DNA of 64,000 nt from an uncultured Phycisphaera sp. (GCA_964486335.1 CAZAMB010000019.1:7377-71376), one strand, 5' to 3'; counted from the first letter of the stretch, positions 1-10,595 are shown. Notes: generated from the letters alone by a model not told the origin. Translations and numbers: made by a program.

Positions 1-1008
1 TTTGCCGACGTTTCCTATCATGACGCGCTCGTCCGATTGTATGAGTTGTTCAAGTCAGAGACCGGGCAGCGAAAGGCCGCTCAGGAACGAGTGGCTCAGC
101 TCGAATCCCAGGCAACGACGTTGGTCGAATCGGAAACCGCGCTCAAGAACAACTTCGCTAAGGAATCGAAGCGTTTGAGCGATTCGCTTGCAGAGGCCGA
201 AGCCGAACGGGCTTCCTACCGCTCTGATCGCGACGCTCAGATTGAATCCCTGAAGAAAGCGGCGGAAGACGCGCAGAAAAGACACGACGCCGAACTGACC
301 CGCGAGCGTCAGATCCGCTTGGCCGCCGACCAGCAACTGGCGGATTTTCAGAAGCGTTTTGCGGCCTACCAATCCAAATTCGGGGGTTTGCTTCCGGGAC
401 CGGAGCGACTCTCGACGGCCCGCCGCCCTGACGGAAAAATCCTCACCGCCATCCCCGGTGACCGCGTCGTGTACATCAATCTGGGTCGCAGGAATGCACT
501 CACGCTCGGGCTGAAGTTCGCTGTGTATTCTGCCCAAACCGGCATTCCGGAAGACGGTCGGGCCAAAGCGCAGATCGAAGTGGTTTCCATAGCTGATTCT
601 TCGGCGGAATGTCGTGTTTTGGCTGTCGGCGCGAACGAAGTGATCTTGGAAAACGACCTGATCGCCAACCCCATCTATGATCCCGATCGTCCGCTGAGTT
701 TTGTTGTTTCGGGCGAATTCGACCTGGATCGTGACGGCTCGCTAGACAACGACGGAGCGGGCACGGTGGAAGCGTTGATTCGAAACTGGGGAGGCACGGT
801 AACGGCTGATCTGACCCCGTTGACCGATTTTGTGATTCTCGGCGCGAAGCCGAGCAACTTTGGCGGCGGCAATGATTCTGGAGCCGAATCGCCGGCCCAG
901 CGCTACGAACGGGCATCGTCACAAGCCGCCACCATGGCGGTTCCCGTGTTGACCCAGGATGTCTTTCTGAACTTTCTAGGGTTCACCGATCGATATGCAC
1001 GACGGTAG
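1..1008 (+). CDS. Hypothetical coiled-coil protein with BRCT-like C-terminal domain (5'-truncated by window edge)
   Basis: Frame 1 is open from nt 1 (FADVSYHDALVRLYELFK...), so the TTG at 37 is probably internal. The N-half is Q/E/A/K/R-rich and heptad-like. The C-terminus LSFVVSGEF...IRNWGGTVTADLTPLTDFVILGAKP...AVPVLTQDVFLNFL follows the BRCT pattern known from LigA C-termini. Confidence 0.6.
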   Translation, partial: FADVSYHDALVRLYELFKSETGQRKAAQERVAQLESQATTLVESETALKNNFAKESKRLSDSLAEAEAERASYRSDRDAQIESLKKAAEDAQKRHDAELTRERQIRLAADQQLADFQKRFAAYQSKFGGLLPGPERLSTARRPDGKILTAIPGDRVVYINLGRRNALTLGLKFAVYSAQTGIPEDGRAKAQIEVVSIADSSAECRVLAVGANEVILENDLIANPIYDPDRPLSFVVSGEFDLDRDGSLDNDGAGTVEALIRNWGGTVTADLTPLTDFVILGAKPSNFGGGNDSGAESPAQRYERASSQAATMAVPVLTQDVFLNFLGFTDRYARR

Positions 1009-1131
1009 CGTTTTTTTGCGATTCTGAAGCAACGGCATATATTGAACAGACCACTTCGAAGGGCCCCGAATTCGCAGCGTTGAATGGCACATCGAACCAA
1101 TCAAGTCTTGAGTGGCGTGGCGATGTTACAT

Positions 1132-1159
1132 TTGACAGTCCGAGAAAAAGTAGTATAAT
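1132..1159 (+). promoter_or_regulatory. Near-consensus sigma70-type promoter upstream of dnaG
   Basis: TTGACA (1132-1137), a 16-nt spacer, then TATAAT (1154-1159), about 95 nt upstream of the dnaG ATG at 1255. Confidence 0.45.
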
Positions 1160-1254
1160 TTCAGGGCTGGGAGCTGCATCAAACGTAAAATGCCATAACA
1201 ATTAATTCAGCAAAACTTTTCGGCGAACGAAAGCAGGTTGGCGTTCCGGCGGAG

Positions 1255-3198
1255 ATGGTTCTGCCTTTTCTGAGAAAAGTCTCTCCCTTGGTAAACTTCG
1301 AAAGCAAGAAACGGCAGATTCTCGATCACGTGGACTTGCATGCTCTCGTGAGCGAGCATGTCACGCTGCGTCGTACCGGCAAACGCTGGGTAGGACTCTG
1401 TCCTTTCCATTCAGAAAAAACGCCGTCGTTTTCCGTATCACCCGATATCGGCGTGTTCAAGTGTTTTGGATGCGGCAAGGGCGGAGATGTTTTTTCTTTT
1501 ATCCAATACCGCGAAAACGTCACCTTCATGGAGTCGATGCGCATCCTCGCGGACCGGGCCGGGGTGGAGCTCGATGAACCCAGGCAAGGGTCGGGTAATT
1601 CTCAGGCTGGCGATAGTGTAGGGCGCGCCGAGGTGTCCGCGGCCTGCTCTTGGGGGTTAGCGTATTATCGGTCAAATCTCGCTCATGAGTCGTTGGGGCG
1701 ATCCGTGAGACAATATCTTCACCAAAGGGGGTTTACTGACCAGACGATTGACCAGTTTGGTCTCGGCCTGGCCATTGACGGCGCTCCATCGCTCCGATCG
1801 AATGCGGCCGCCGCGGGACTGGCGTCGCCAGTGCTCGAGGCCGCCGATCTCATTCGCGCCAGTGACGATGGCCGCTTCTACGACACGTTTCGTAATCGGA
1901 TCATTTTTCCGATTCGGGATGCGTCGGGGCGGGTCATCGGTTTCGGCGGTCGCACGCTTATTGACGATCGCGCGAAGTACCTCAACACCCGGCAGAACGT
2001 ACTGTTTGACAAGGGGCGCGGCTTGTACAGCGTTGATCTCGCGAGGCAGGCGATCGCGGAACGCGGGCGAGCCATCGTGGTGGAAGGATACACCGATTGC
2101 ATGGCGTGCCACCAAGCCGGCCTTACGGAAACGGTCGCCACTCTTGGCACCGCGCTGACCGAAGCACAGGTCGATCTTCTTCGCCGCTACTGTGGCGAAA
2201 TCGTTCTTGTTTTTGATTCGGATGTGGCGGGGGCTGAAGCGGCCGATCGGGCATTGCGCGTGGCACTGCCTCGCGGCATCAAGGTGCGGATCGCCCACGT
2301 TCCGGAAGGCAAGGACCCCGGCGAATTTCTTATCGGTCCCGACGCGGCAGCGCGGTTTTTGGACGTATTGAACACCGCTCCCGACGCGCTAGAATTGACG
2401 TGGCGGCAGACGGTCAGCCGGTTTCAGGCGGATGCGTCTGACGTTCAACGACGCGAGGCGGTGGTGAGTTTTGTCCGCCTTGTCGGCGAGGCATCGGGGG
2501 CCGAGGCGCTCGATGCGATTCAGAGGGGCTTGCTGGTCAATCAAGTCGCCCATTTGCTGAGGATGGATCGAAACGAGGTGGGTCGGTTGATGGCCGCGAC
2601 TGGATCGTCGCGAAATCAAGTTCCTTCGTTTTCAATGGAAAATCAGAACCTGCGCCGTCCGGCAACGCCGATTGATGGCGAGCAGGCGGCGTGGGAAACG
2701 GTGCTCGAGGTATTGTTGCAGGAACCGGGACTCATCGGAAACTGTTTACCGCAACTCGACGTAAGCCGCATTCAGGATGCGAGGAATCGTCGTATTGCGA
2801 TGTGGATGGTCGACGCGACCCGCGAGTTTGGCGAATTCGGCGTTTCGGACGTTCTGGTTCGGTCCGATACGCCTGCCGATTCGGAACGAATCGCGGAATT
2901 GGTGCATCGAGGCGAACTAAGAGGAAACCCGGCGAGTTTGCTGCGAGCAGCGGTGGATCGCATTCAATCGGCCGTTCGAGAAGAGGAACTGGAGTGCACG
3001 CGACGGCGATTGTTTGAGGACAAGGAAGAAGGCAGCGGACCAGACGCGAGACAGGACCTCGCAGACTATCAGGACGGATTACGAAATCACCGGCGCTTCG
3101 GTCCCCGGCGCATCATCCGCGGGACGGCGAGTGCGTCGATTTCAGGCCCGACGGGCGGCGAGGCGCCCGAATCGGCAACCACAACGGAGTCAACATGA
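1255..3198 (+). CDS. dnaG: DNA primase
   Basis: CHC2 zinc finger [40 protein letters not shown] core [11 protein letters not shown] and [13 protein letters not shown]. The stop overlaps the rpoD start (ATGA at 3195-3198). Confidence 0.95.
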   Translation: MVLPFLRKVSPLVNFESKKRQILDHVDLHALVSEHVTLRRTGKRWVGLCPFHSEKTPSFSVSPDIGVFKCFGCGKGGDVFSFIQYRENVTFMESMRILADRAGVELDEPRQGSGNSQAGDSVGRAEVSAACSWGLAYYRSNLAHESLGRSVRQYLHQRGFTDQTIDQFGLGLAIDGAPSLRSNAAAAGLASPVLEAADLIRASDDGRFYDTFRNRIIFPIRDASGRVIGFGGRTLIDDRAKYLNTRQNVLFDKGRGLYSVDLARQAIAERGRAIVVEGYTDCMACHQAGLTETVATLGTALTEAQVDLLRRYCGEIVLVFDSDVAGAEAADRALRVALPRGIKVRIAHVPEGKDPGEFLIGPDAAARFLDVLNTAPDALELTWRQTVSRFQADASDVQRREAVVSFVRLVGEASGAEALDAIQRGLLVNQVAHLLRMDRNEVGRLMAATGSSRNQVPSFSMENQNLRRPATPIDGEQAAWETVLEVLLQEPGLIGNCLPQLDVSRIQDARNRRIAMWMVDATREFGEFGVSDVLVRSDTPADSERIAELVHRGELRGNPASLLRAAVDRIQSAVREEELECTRRRLFEDKEEGSGPDARQDLADYQDGLRNHRRFGPRRIIRGTASASISGPTGGEAPESATTTEST

Positions 3199-4958
3199 AC
3201 GAGATGACGACGGCAACGCAGGACCCCATTCAGGGCGCGGTGGACGACCTGTTGGAGCTTGGGCGGAAACGGGGTTTCGTGACCTGGGAAGAGATGAACA
3301 CGATCCTCCCGGATGACGCCATCGACCCGAACCAGCTTGAGCTGATTCTGCTTCGCCTCGAGGAAGCCAGTATCGAAACGCTAGACGAGGTGGACGCGGC
3401 TCGCCACGACATGCGGCGCAAAGCGGCACCCACCCTCCGGCGCGAACAGCGTGAAACAACCTCTCGCGCGGAACCCACTGTTGCAGCGTCGCCGTCGACT
3501 GACGGAGACGACGTCGATCTCGATGTGGACGTTGTGGAACTCGTTCAGGAGGTCGGAACCAAGCGAATTGACGATCCGGTTCGCATGTATCTGACGCAAA
3601 TGGGTGAGATTCCCCTGCTCACCCGAGACGAGGAAATCCGCCTCGCAAAGAAGATCGAACTCACGCGAATGGCTTTTCGCCAAAAGGTGCTGGAAAGCGA
3701 TTACTGCGCCGGACTGGCTGTGGATATTCTTCAGCAGGTCCACGATGGAACGCTGCCGTTCGATCGCACGATGAAGATTTCGACTTCGGAACATGCGGCC
3801 AAGACGAAGATCAGCACGCGGATTCCGGTCAATCTGGTGACCGTGCGGACGCTCCTTCAGAAAAACGAGGAACTCTGGCAGCAGTTGCTGGCGTCGCGGC
3901 TTGCGGCCTCCGCGCGGAAGAAGATCGAACGCGAAATGCGCGATCGTCGGCGGAAGATGTCCAAGCTATTGGAAGAGCTTTCGCTTCGGACGAGCCGGAT
4001 TCAGCCGCTGATGAAGAAGCTCCGCGGCCTGCACCGCAAAATGATGGAATTGGAGCGTCGGATCGCATCCCAGGAAAAACGCCGCACGCTTCCCGATGAC
4101 GAAATGGAAGCCATGAAGGACGAATTGGCGGGTATCGAGTCGTTGTGCCTGGAATGCTCGCCGGAACTTGGAAAACGACTGACGAGCATCCTGCGGGTCT
4201 TCAGTGAATATGAAGACGCAAAGCGGAAGCTTTCGGGCGGAAACCTGCGCCTGGTCGTGAGTATCGCAAAGAAGTACCGCAATCGCGGATTGTCGTTTCT
4301 GGACATCATTCAGGAGGGAAACACCGGGCTGATGCGGGCGGTGGACAAGTACGAGTACAAGCGAGGATACAAGTTCAGCACCTATGCGACGTGGTGGATT
4401 CGCCAGGCCATCACGCGAGCCATCGCCGACCACGCGCGGACGATTCGTATTCCGGTTCACATGATCGAAACGATGAGCCGGCTCCGTAATATCAGCAAAG
4501 AACTACTGCAGGAGCTTGGCCGAGAACCGACCATCGAGGAGATCGCCCGACGAGCCAAGATGCCGCTGGGCGAATGCCGGCGGGTGCTGAAAATATCGCG
4601 GCATCCGATTTCGCTCGACCGCCCCGTCGGCGAAAGCGAAGATTCGTACTTCGGCGATTTCATCGAAGACGACTCGGTTGAGTCGCCAGTGGGAACGGCC
4701 GGCGGCGAAATGCTCAAGGACCGCGTCGAGGAAGTCCTCAAAACGCTGACGTATCGCGAGCGGGAAATCATCAAGCTGCGGTACGGCATCGGCGACGGAT
4801 ACACCTACACGCTTGAAGAGGTCGGCAAGATTTTCAAAGTGACCCGCGAGCGCGTCCGACAGGTTGAGGCCAAGGCCATTCGCAAACTGCAGCATCCGGT
4901 GCGGGCGAGAAAGCTCGAAGGCTTTTTGGAAAATCTGTCGCCGGTTTCGTCGAATTGA
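3195..4958 (+). CDS. rpoD: RNA polymerase primary sigma factor (sigma70)
   Basis: Region 2 is [54 protein letters not shown]. Region 4 is [27 protein letters not shown]. The gene follows dnaG as in the classical MMS operon. Confidence 0.95.
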   Translation: MNEMTTATQDPIQGAVDDLLELGRKRGFVTWEEMNTILPDDAIDPNQLELILLRLEEASIETLDEVDAARHDMRRKAAPTLRREQRETTSRAEPTVAASPSTDGDDVDLDVDVVELVQEVGTKRIDDPVRMYLTQMGEIPLLTRDEEIRLAKKIELTRMAFRQKVLESDYCAGLAVDILQQVHDGTLPFDRTMKISTSEHAAKTKISTRIPVNLVTVRTLLQKNEELWQQLLASRLAASARKKIEREMRDRRRKMSKLLEELSLRTSRIQPLMKKLRGLHRKMMELERRIASQEKRRTLPDDEMEAMKDELAGIESLCLECSPELGKRLTSILRVFSEYEDAKRKLSGGNLRLVVSIAKKYRNRGLSFLDIIQEGNTGLMRAVDKYEYKRGYKFSTYATWWIRQAITRAIADHARTIRIPVHMIETMSRLRNISKELLQELGREPTIEEIARRAKMPLGECRRVLKISRHPISLDRPVGESEDSYFGDFIEDDSVESPVGTAGGEMLKDRVEEVLKTLTYREREIIKLRYGIGDGYTYTLEEVGKIFKVTRERVRQVEAKAIRKLQHPVRARKLEGFLENLSPVSSN

Positions 4959-5171
4959 TGCCGGTCGAATTCTGTGGGTGTGTCCCCGCGACACCGAAGC
5001 CCATGTAATTGCGCGCGGTGAGTTTCGTACCGTTTCACAACCAACTGCCAGAACTCCTTTCTATTCCATGAATTGATCTCAGTTTCGGCGTCTTCGCGCC
5101 CCATTTCAGTCCGCTCTGAACCGAGATTGCAGCCGGATTCGATTTGAACCGGTCTTTCCCTCGTATTGCGT

Positions 5172-5187
5172 TGGCACGAAACCTGCT
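5172..5187 (+). promoter_or_regulatory. Candidate sigma54 (-24/-12) promoter-like element in the pntA upstream region
   Basis: TGGCACG-AAAC-CTGCT compared with the consensus TGGCACG-N4-TTGCW gives one mismatch. It lies about 200 nt upstream of pntAA. It is also part of a 7-bp inverted repeat, GTTGGCA (5170-5176) and TGCCAAC (5192-5198), so a hairpin reading is equally possible. Confidence 0.25.
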
Positions 5188-5385
5188 ATGATGCCAACCG
5201 TAAGGGTTACGGATGCGGTCGCCGTGGCCTTTCGGGATGTTTCCTGCGGATTCGGCGCGAGTCCTGCGGGAAATCACGCATCGACGGATTCCCGTCCTGA
5301 TGCGAGGGTTCTTCTGGCGTGCAGACGCGCCGGCTTGGCGAGAGAGTACCATGAGTGATTCCCACGTCTGCGTGAGTGATTATCA

Positions 5386-6549
5386 ATGAAACTCGCGATT
5401 CCCAAGGAAGTTCTGGACGGCGAGCGCCGAGTCGCCATTGTTCCCGAATCGGTCAAAAAGCTGGTGAAGGCCGGTCTATCGGTCGCCCTGGAGCGCGATG
5501 CCGGATCGACTGCGTTCGCATTGGACGCAGAGTACGTCGAGGCCGGTGCCACGATCGAAGCGGATCTGGCAAAGTTGCTTTGTGATGCGGACATCGTGGT
5601 TAAGGTGCAGCCGCCGACCATGCGTTCCGACATTGGCAAACACGAGGCATCGCTCTTGAAGCCCGGCGCGATTCTCCTGGCGATGTTGCGCACCCATCGA
5701 AACCATGACGTGGTTCGAATGTTGATGGATGGAAAAGTCGCGGCGTTCTCGATGGATGCGGTGCCGAGGATCACGCGAGCACAATCGATGGACGTGCTGT
5801 CGTCCCAGGCGACGATCGCCGGATACAAGGCGGTGCTGATCGCTTCCAATGAAATCGGGAAGATGTTTCCGATGCTGATGACGGCGGCGGGAACCATCCT
5901 GGCGGCCAAGGTGCTGGTGATCGGCGCCGGCGTCGCAGGATTGCAGGCGATTGCCACCGCTCGGCGACTGGGCGCCAATGTCGAGGCGTTCGATACGAGG
6001 CCGGTGGTGAAGGAGCAAGTGCAGAGTCTCGGCGCGCGGTTTGTTGAGGTGCCGACGACGGGCGAAGATGCGCAGGATGCCGGAGGGTACGCCAAAAAAC
6101 TCTCCGACGAATACTACAAACGGCAAGGCGAAGTGATGGCCAAGCACGTCGCGGCGGCTGACGTGGTGATAACCACGGCGCTGATCGGTGGAACTGTAGC
6201 GCCCAAGCTGATCACCGAGGAGATGGTGAAGGCGATGCGTCCGGGTTCGGTCATCGTGGACCTGGCGGCGGAAGGCGGAGGAAACTGCCATCTGACGGAA
6301 CCGGGCAAAACAGTTTTTAAGCACGGCGTGACGATCTGCGGTCCGGCGAATCTTCCATCGGAAATGCCCATTCACGCCAGCCAGATGTACTCACGCAATC
6401 TGACGACGTTTCTGTTGGAGTTCTACAAGAACGGCGCGTTCAATCTCGACCTGAACGACGAAATCATCAAAGGCGCGATCATCACGCACAACGGTGAAGT
6501 GCTTCACGCGGCCACGCGCGAGGCGATGCAGAAAGGAGCGGCAACGTGA
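5386..6549 (+). CDS. pntAA: NAD(P) transhydrogenase subunit alpha, part 1 (soluble dI domain)
   Basis: Alanine-dehydrogenase/PNT-type sequence with Rossmann motif VLVIGAGVAGLQAIATARRLGA. It is followed directly by the two membrane subunits. Confidence 0.9.
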   Translation: MKLAIPKEVLDGERRVAIVPESVKKLVKAGLSVALERDAGSTAFALDAEYVEAGATIEADLAKLLCDADIVVKVQPPTMRSDIGKHEASLLKPGAILLAMLRTHRNHDVVRMLMDGKVAAFSMDAVPRITRAQSMDVLSSQATIAGYKAVLIASNEIGKMFPMLMTAAGTILAAKVLVIGAGVAGLQAIATARRLGANVEAFDTRPVVKEQVQSLGARFVEVPTTGEDAQDAGGYAKKLSDEYYKRQGEVMAKHVAAADVVITTALIGGTVAPKLITEEMVKAMRPGSVIVDLAAEGGGNCHLTEPGKTVFKHGVTICGPANLPSEMPIHASQMYSRNLTTFLLEFYKNGAFNLDLNDEIIKGAIITHNGEVLHAATREAMQKGAAT

Positions 6550-6845
6550 TCCTCGCGGAGTCTTCCGTCCTGGAGTTGTTTCTCAACAACTTTGCCGTAT
6601 TCGTGCTTGCGATGTTTCTGGGTATGGAACTGATCTCCAAGGTTCCGCCCATTCTGCATACGCCGCTGACGTCGGGATCGAACGCGATTTCAGGCATTAC
6701 CATTGTTGGATCGCTCGTGATCGCGGGCAGCGAACCGACCATGGCCAAAGTCTTGGGATTCCTCGCCGTCGTCTGCGCCATGGTCAATGTGGTCGGCGGC
6801 TATATGGTCACCGACCGCATGTTGAAGATGTTCAAGAAAAAATAG
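6546..6845 (+). CDS. pntAB: NAD(P) transhydrogenase subunit alpha, part 2 (membrane)
   Basis: 99 aa, almost entirely hydrophobic helices. The GTG start overlaps the pntAA stop (GTGA). Its position between alpha-1 and beta matches split three-subunit transhydrogenases. Confidence 0.85.
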   Translation: MILAESSVLELFLNNFAVFVLAMFLGMELISKVPPILHTPLTSGSNAISGITIVGSLVIAGSEPTMAKVLGFLAVVCAMVNVVGGYMVTDRMLKMFKKK

Positions 6846-6860
6846 CCCGGATTTCATGCT

Positions 6861-8357
6861 ATGTCTGACTACGCGCAGTCATTGATTGATTCCATGTTTC
6901 GCGGCCCGACGTTTGTCGCCGTGTCCTTTGGATTGCATCCGGAGGTGCGGGCGCTGATCGAGAATCTCATCTACCTGGTTGCAGCGGCCTGTTTCATTTT
7001 CGGACTCAAGTGGCTGTCGCATCCGCGAACGGCACGTCGCGGGAATTTGACATCGGCACTCGGAATGTTGCTTGCGATCGCCGTCACGCTGTTGGACAAG
7101 CACATCGTTTCATTCTGGGTCATTCTTGCGGGCGTTGTCGTCGGTTCGGCGATCGGTGCGATCATGGCGATTCGCGTGCAAATGACGTCGATGCCGCAAA
7201 TGGTCGGTTTCTTGAACGGATCGGGCGGATTGGCGTCGGCAATCGTAGCGTTCGCGGAGTTTCTGAAACTCCCTGAAAGTCCGCGAACCGACACCGTCAT
7301 TACAATTGGCCTCAGCGTGCTGATCGGCATGGTAACGTTCACGGGCAGCATGATTGCCTTTGGGAAGCTCGAGGGCTGGAAAGTCAAGGGGGTTTCGCTC
7401 AGCAAACCGATTGTTTTTCCGATGCAGCACCTCATCAACATGGGGCTGGGGCTGGTCGTTGTGATCCTCGGCGTCATGGTGACGCGGGATCCGACCGGAG
7501 GAGCCGCATTCGCCATGGTGATCGTGATCCTGGCCATCGCCGCCGTTTTGGGCGTGCTGCTGGTGATTCCGATCGGCGGCGCGGACATGCCCGTCGTGAT
7601 CTGCCTTCTTAACTCCTATTCCGGCCTCGCGGCTATGTGTACGGGGTTCGTGCTCGACAACAAGGCCCTGATCATCACCGGCTCGCTCGTCGGCGCGTCG
7701 GGGATCATCCTCACGATGATCATGTGCAAGGCCATGAATCGTTCGCTGCTCAACGTGGTGGCGGGCGGGTTCGGCACGGGCGACACGGGGCCCGGCGCGG
7801 TCCCCGGCGCGGATGGCGCTCCGGTCACGGTTCGGCGCATGGACGCCGAAGAAGCGGCCATGGTGCTGGAAAGCGCCAACAGCGTGATCGTCGTTCCGGG
7901 GTACGGTATGGCTGTCGCGCAGGCGCAGCATATCGTGGCCGAAATGTCGGCGGTGCTCACGAAGATGGGTGCGAATGTTCGCTTCGCGATTCACCCCGTC
8001 GCGGGTCGAATGCCCGGTCACATGAACATCCTGCTGGCTGAGGCCAACGTACCCTATGAACAACTCAGCGATCTGGCGATCAATCCTGAGTTCGAACAAT
8101 GCGACGTTGCGCTGGTTATTGGGGCGAACGACGTGGTGAACCCGACCGCCCGACACAACAAGAGCAGTCCGATCTATGGAATGCCCATCCTCGACGCGGA
8201 CAAGGCCCGCACAGTGATGGTCTGCAAGCGAAGCCTGAACCCCGGTTTCGCGGGCATCGAGAACGAACTCTTCACCAAGGACAACTGCGTCATGCTCTTC
8301 GGAGACGCGAAGGCCATGATCACGGCCATCGTGACCGCGCTGAAGGAATCGCATTAA
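6861..8357 (+). CDS. pntB: NAD(P) transhydrogenase subunit beta
   Basis: Multi-helix membrane N-domain plus a C-terminal NADP(H) domain (VVPGYGMAVAQAQH, GANDVVNP, PIYGMPIL). Confidence 0.9.
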   Translation: MSDYAQSLIDSMFRGPTFVAVSFGLHPEVRALIENLIYLVAAACFIFGLKWLSHPRTARRGNLTSALGMLLAIAVTLLDKHIVSFWVILAGVVVGSAIGAIMAIRVQMTSMPQMVGFLNGSGGLASAIVAFAEFLKLPESPRTDTVITIGLSVLIGMVTFTGSMIAFGKLEGWKVKGVSLSKPIVFPMQHLINMGLGLVVVILGVMVTRDPTGGAAFAMVIVILAIAAVLGVLLVIPIGGADMPVVICLLNSYSGLAAMCTGFVLDNKALIITGSLVGASGIILTMIMCKAMNRSLLNVVAGGFGTGDTGPGAVPGADGAPVTVRRMDAEEAAMVLESANSVIVVPGYGMAVAQAQHIVAEMSAVLTKMGANVRFAIHPVAGRMPGHMNILLAEANVPYEQLSDLAINPEFEQCDVALVIGANDVVNPTARHNKSSPIYGMPILDADKARTVMVCKRSLNPGFAGIENELFTKDNCVMLFGDAKAMITAIVTALKESH

Positions 8358-8385
8358 CCCGGAAAAAGAACCCTCGCCCGGATGG

Positions 8386-9111
8386 TTAGCGTGATCGCCG
8401 ACTTCGCAGCACGCGTTCCTGAATGGCCAGCAGTTCCCGGATGCCGCGCTGGGCGAGATTCAGAAGCTTGTCCAATTCGTCCCGAGTAAATGTCGCCTCT
8501 TCGCCCGTGCCCTGGACTTCGATAAACCGCCCGGACGCCGTCATCACGACGTTCATGTCCACGTCGGCCTCAACGTCTTCCCGGTAATCGAGATCAAGCA
8601 GCATCCGACCTGCTACTTTCCCGACACTGACGGCGGCGACGGCCTCTCGAATTGGGGTTCCAGAAAGCAGTTTGTTTTTTCGAGCGTACGTCACGGCGTC
8701 GCAGAGGGCGATGTAGGCGCCAGTGATACTGGCGGTGCGAGTTCCGCCGTCGGCCTGAAGGACGTCACAATCCACGAGAATGGAATTCTCGCCGAGTAAG
8801 TCCAGATCGACTACAGAACGGAGCGACCGCCCGATGAGCCGCTGAATCTCCTGAGTGCGTCCGTCGATCGAGGTTCGATTCCTTCTCCGACGCTCGTTGG
8901 TCGCGGCGGGAAGCATGTCGTATTCGGCCGTCACCCAGCCGCTGCCTCGTCCCTTTTTCCAGTCGGGCACGCCGCTTGACCAACTGGCGGTACACAGCAC
9001 GACCGTTTGGCCGGACTGAATGAGTACGGATCCGGCGGGGTTCTCCGTGTAGCCACGGGTCATTCGGACCGGCCGCAGTTGTGTTGGTTTGCGCGAATTC
9101 CTTCGGGGCAA
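8386..9111 (-). CDS. rph: Ribonuclease PH
   Basis: LRPVRMTRGYTENPAGSVLIQSGQTVVLCTAS, GRTQEIQRLIGRSLR and DCDVLQADGGTRTASITGA. Confidence 0.92.
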   Translation of the reverse strand: MPRRNSRKPTQLRPVRMTRGYTENPAGSVLIQSGQTVVLCTASWSSGVPDWKKGRGSGWVTAEYDMLPAATNERRRRNRTSIDGRTQEIQRLIGRSLRSVVDLDLLGENSILVDCDVLQADGGTRTASITGAYIALCDAVTYARKNKLLSGTPIREAVAAVSVGKVAGRMLLDLDYREDVEADVDMNVVMTASGRFIEVQGTGEEATFTRDELDKLLNLAQRGIRELLAIQERVLRSRRSR

Positions 9112-9174
9112 GTCGCTGCTCCTTTCGGCACGTTCCCGTTCGATGAACCAAGTCCTGGTAATGGACGCGCGACG

Positions 9175-9681
9175 TTATGAGCGACTCGGACCGTTGTCAA
9201 CGGAATCTGGAATCGCGTCGAATACAACGCGGGACAAATCTCCGAGAGCGTGCAATCGGAACGACCGCGATGTCGAATGGATCGGTTCAATTGTGATCCA
9301 AAGGGCATCCGGCGGGATCATGTCGGTCACGCGGTCGGCCCATTCAACCACGACGCCTGAATCGTGCCGGATCATTTCATCAAATCCGAGCAGCGAGAAA
9401 TCCTTCGAGCCGGTTAATCGGTAGGCGTCGAGATGATACAGCGCGAGTCGGCCGGAGTACTCTTGAACAAGGCTAAACGTCGGACTCGTGACTTCACAAA
9501 CGCTTCCTTTGGCATTGCCGGTCGCAATGCCCTTGACCAACTGAGTTTTTCCAGCACCCAGGGGACCGACAAGGGCTATGACCAGTCCGCCCGGCATGGA
9601 ATGCCCGATGTCCGCGCCGATGAAAAGGGTCGCTTCCGGAGAATCGGATCGAAAGGTGGCTTCCCTTTCCCCTGTCGTCAA
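9175..9681 (-). CDS. tsaE: tRNA threonylcarbamoyladenosine biosynthesis ATPase TsaE
   Basis: P-loop GPLGAGKTQLVKGIA, then LYHLDAYRL. Small size (168 aa). The TTG start overlaps the thiL stop. Confidence 0.85.
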   Translation of the reverse strand: MTTGEREATFRSDSPEATLFIGADIGHSMPGGLVIALVGPLGAGKTQLVKGIATGNAKGSVCEVTSPTFSLVQEYSGRLALYHLDAYRLTGSKDFSLLGFDEMIRHDSGVVVEWADRVTDMIPPDALWITIEPIHSTSRSFRLHALGDLSRVVFDAIPDSVDNGPSRS

Positions 9682-10595
9682 TGAACGTATCCTCGAACCG
9701 CGAGCGGTGATCGTTGGCCATCGGCCTGATTCAGAAATAACCCCGAGTCGATGATGTATCCGAGGGGCCAGAGAGTCAACCCGTTGACGTCAGCACTGTC
9801 CGAAACCACCAGAAGAAGCTCATAATCCTCGCCGTCGCCGAGCACGTGATCCGTGACGCTCACTCCATCGGATTGAGAAGCTCGACGCGCATCATCGCTC
9901 GCAACATTGAGCAGAAGGCGTTCGTCGAGAACTGCCCCGACGCTGGATGCTTCACAAATACGGGATAAGTCCAGTGAAAGGCCGTCGCTGATGTCAATCA
10001 TGGCGTGCAGGCTGCCGCCGAGTCGTTCCGCCAGGACCCTCGCTTCTTCGATCCTCGGCCTAAACGTCATGTGATGGTTCAGAATGCTTCCGCCCAGTCT
10101 GCCGGTGACAAAAATCCTATCATTGACTTCCGCACCGCTGCGCGTGATGCAGTTCAAATCGTCAAAGGGTTCGGCGATGACCGTAATGTCGATGGCGAGT
10201 GATTGATTCCATCTCGCGAGATCGCCGCCCACAAGGGTGACGCGAAACTCTCCTGCGGCACAGATGATCCCCTCAAGCACCGCTTTCGCCCGGTCAGTTG
10301 ACATTGACGAAGGCAAGGCCAGCGAAGCGACAATTGCCCTGGGCCGGGCGGCCATGGCCGCGCAGTCGCTCAGGCATCGGGCGACGGCCTTTCGTCCGAT
10401 CGCGCTTGCCTCATCCTGCGTGGAATCAAAGTGAACGCCGTCGAGGAGCAAGTCAGAAGCAATGAGCGTTTCACTCGCGGGCGTGGCAACGGCGGCCATA
10501 TCGTCGCCGATTCCCAAACGCACACCGGAACCGGGACACGATCGCTGTTTCAGCCAACGGATCAGCTCGAGCTCGTCACCAGCCATCGAAACCAT
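9678..10595 (-). CDS. thiL: Thiamine-monophosphate kinase
   Basis: GIGDDMAAV and LLLDGVHF motifs of the AIR-synthase-like family. The ORF is open up to 10718, but the family-like N-terminus (M..ELELIRWL) starts at the ATG at 10595 or 10586, so the start is uncertain. Confidence 0.85.
   Translation of the reverse strand: MVSMAGDELELIRWLKQRSCPGSGVRLGIGDDMAAVATPASETLIASDLLLDGVHFDSTQDEASAIGRKAVARCLSDCAAMAARPRAIVASLALPSSMSTDRAKAVLEGIICAAGEFRVTLVGGDLARWNQSLAIDITVIAEPFDDLNCITRSGAEVNDRIFVTGRLGGSILNHHMTFRPRIEEARVLAERLGGSLHAMIDISDGLSLDLSRICEASSVGAVLDERLLLNVASDDARRASQSDGVSVTDHVLGDGEDYELLLVVSDSADVNGLTLWPLGYIIDSGLFLNQADGQRSPLAVRGYVH

Noticed and set aside
7110-8354. 414-aa ORF antisense to pntB, together with similar long antisense ORFs at 5274-6095, 19740-21173, 22021-23169, 33123-34142, 40090-41115, 44697-45818, 55721-56971 and 57241-58365.
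   Set aside because: Each lies entirely opposite a gene with clear family motifs. Their translations are Arg/His/Gly/Asp-rich low-complexity strings with no motifs. These are typical shadow ORFs of GC-rich genomes.
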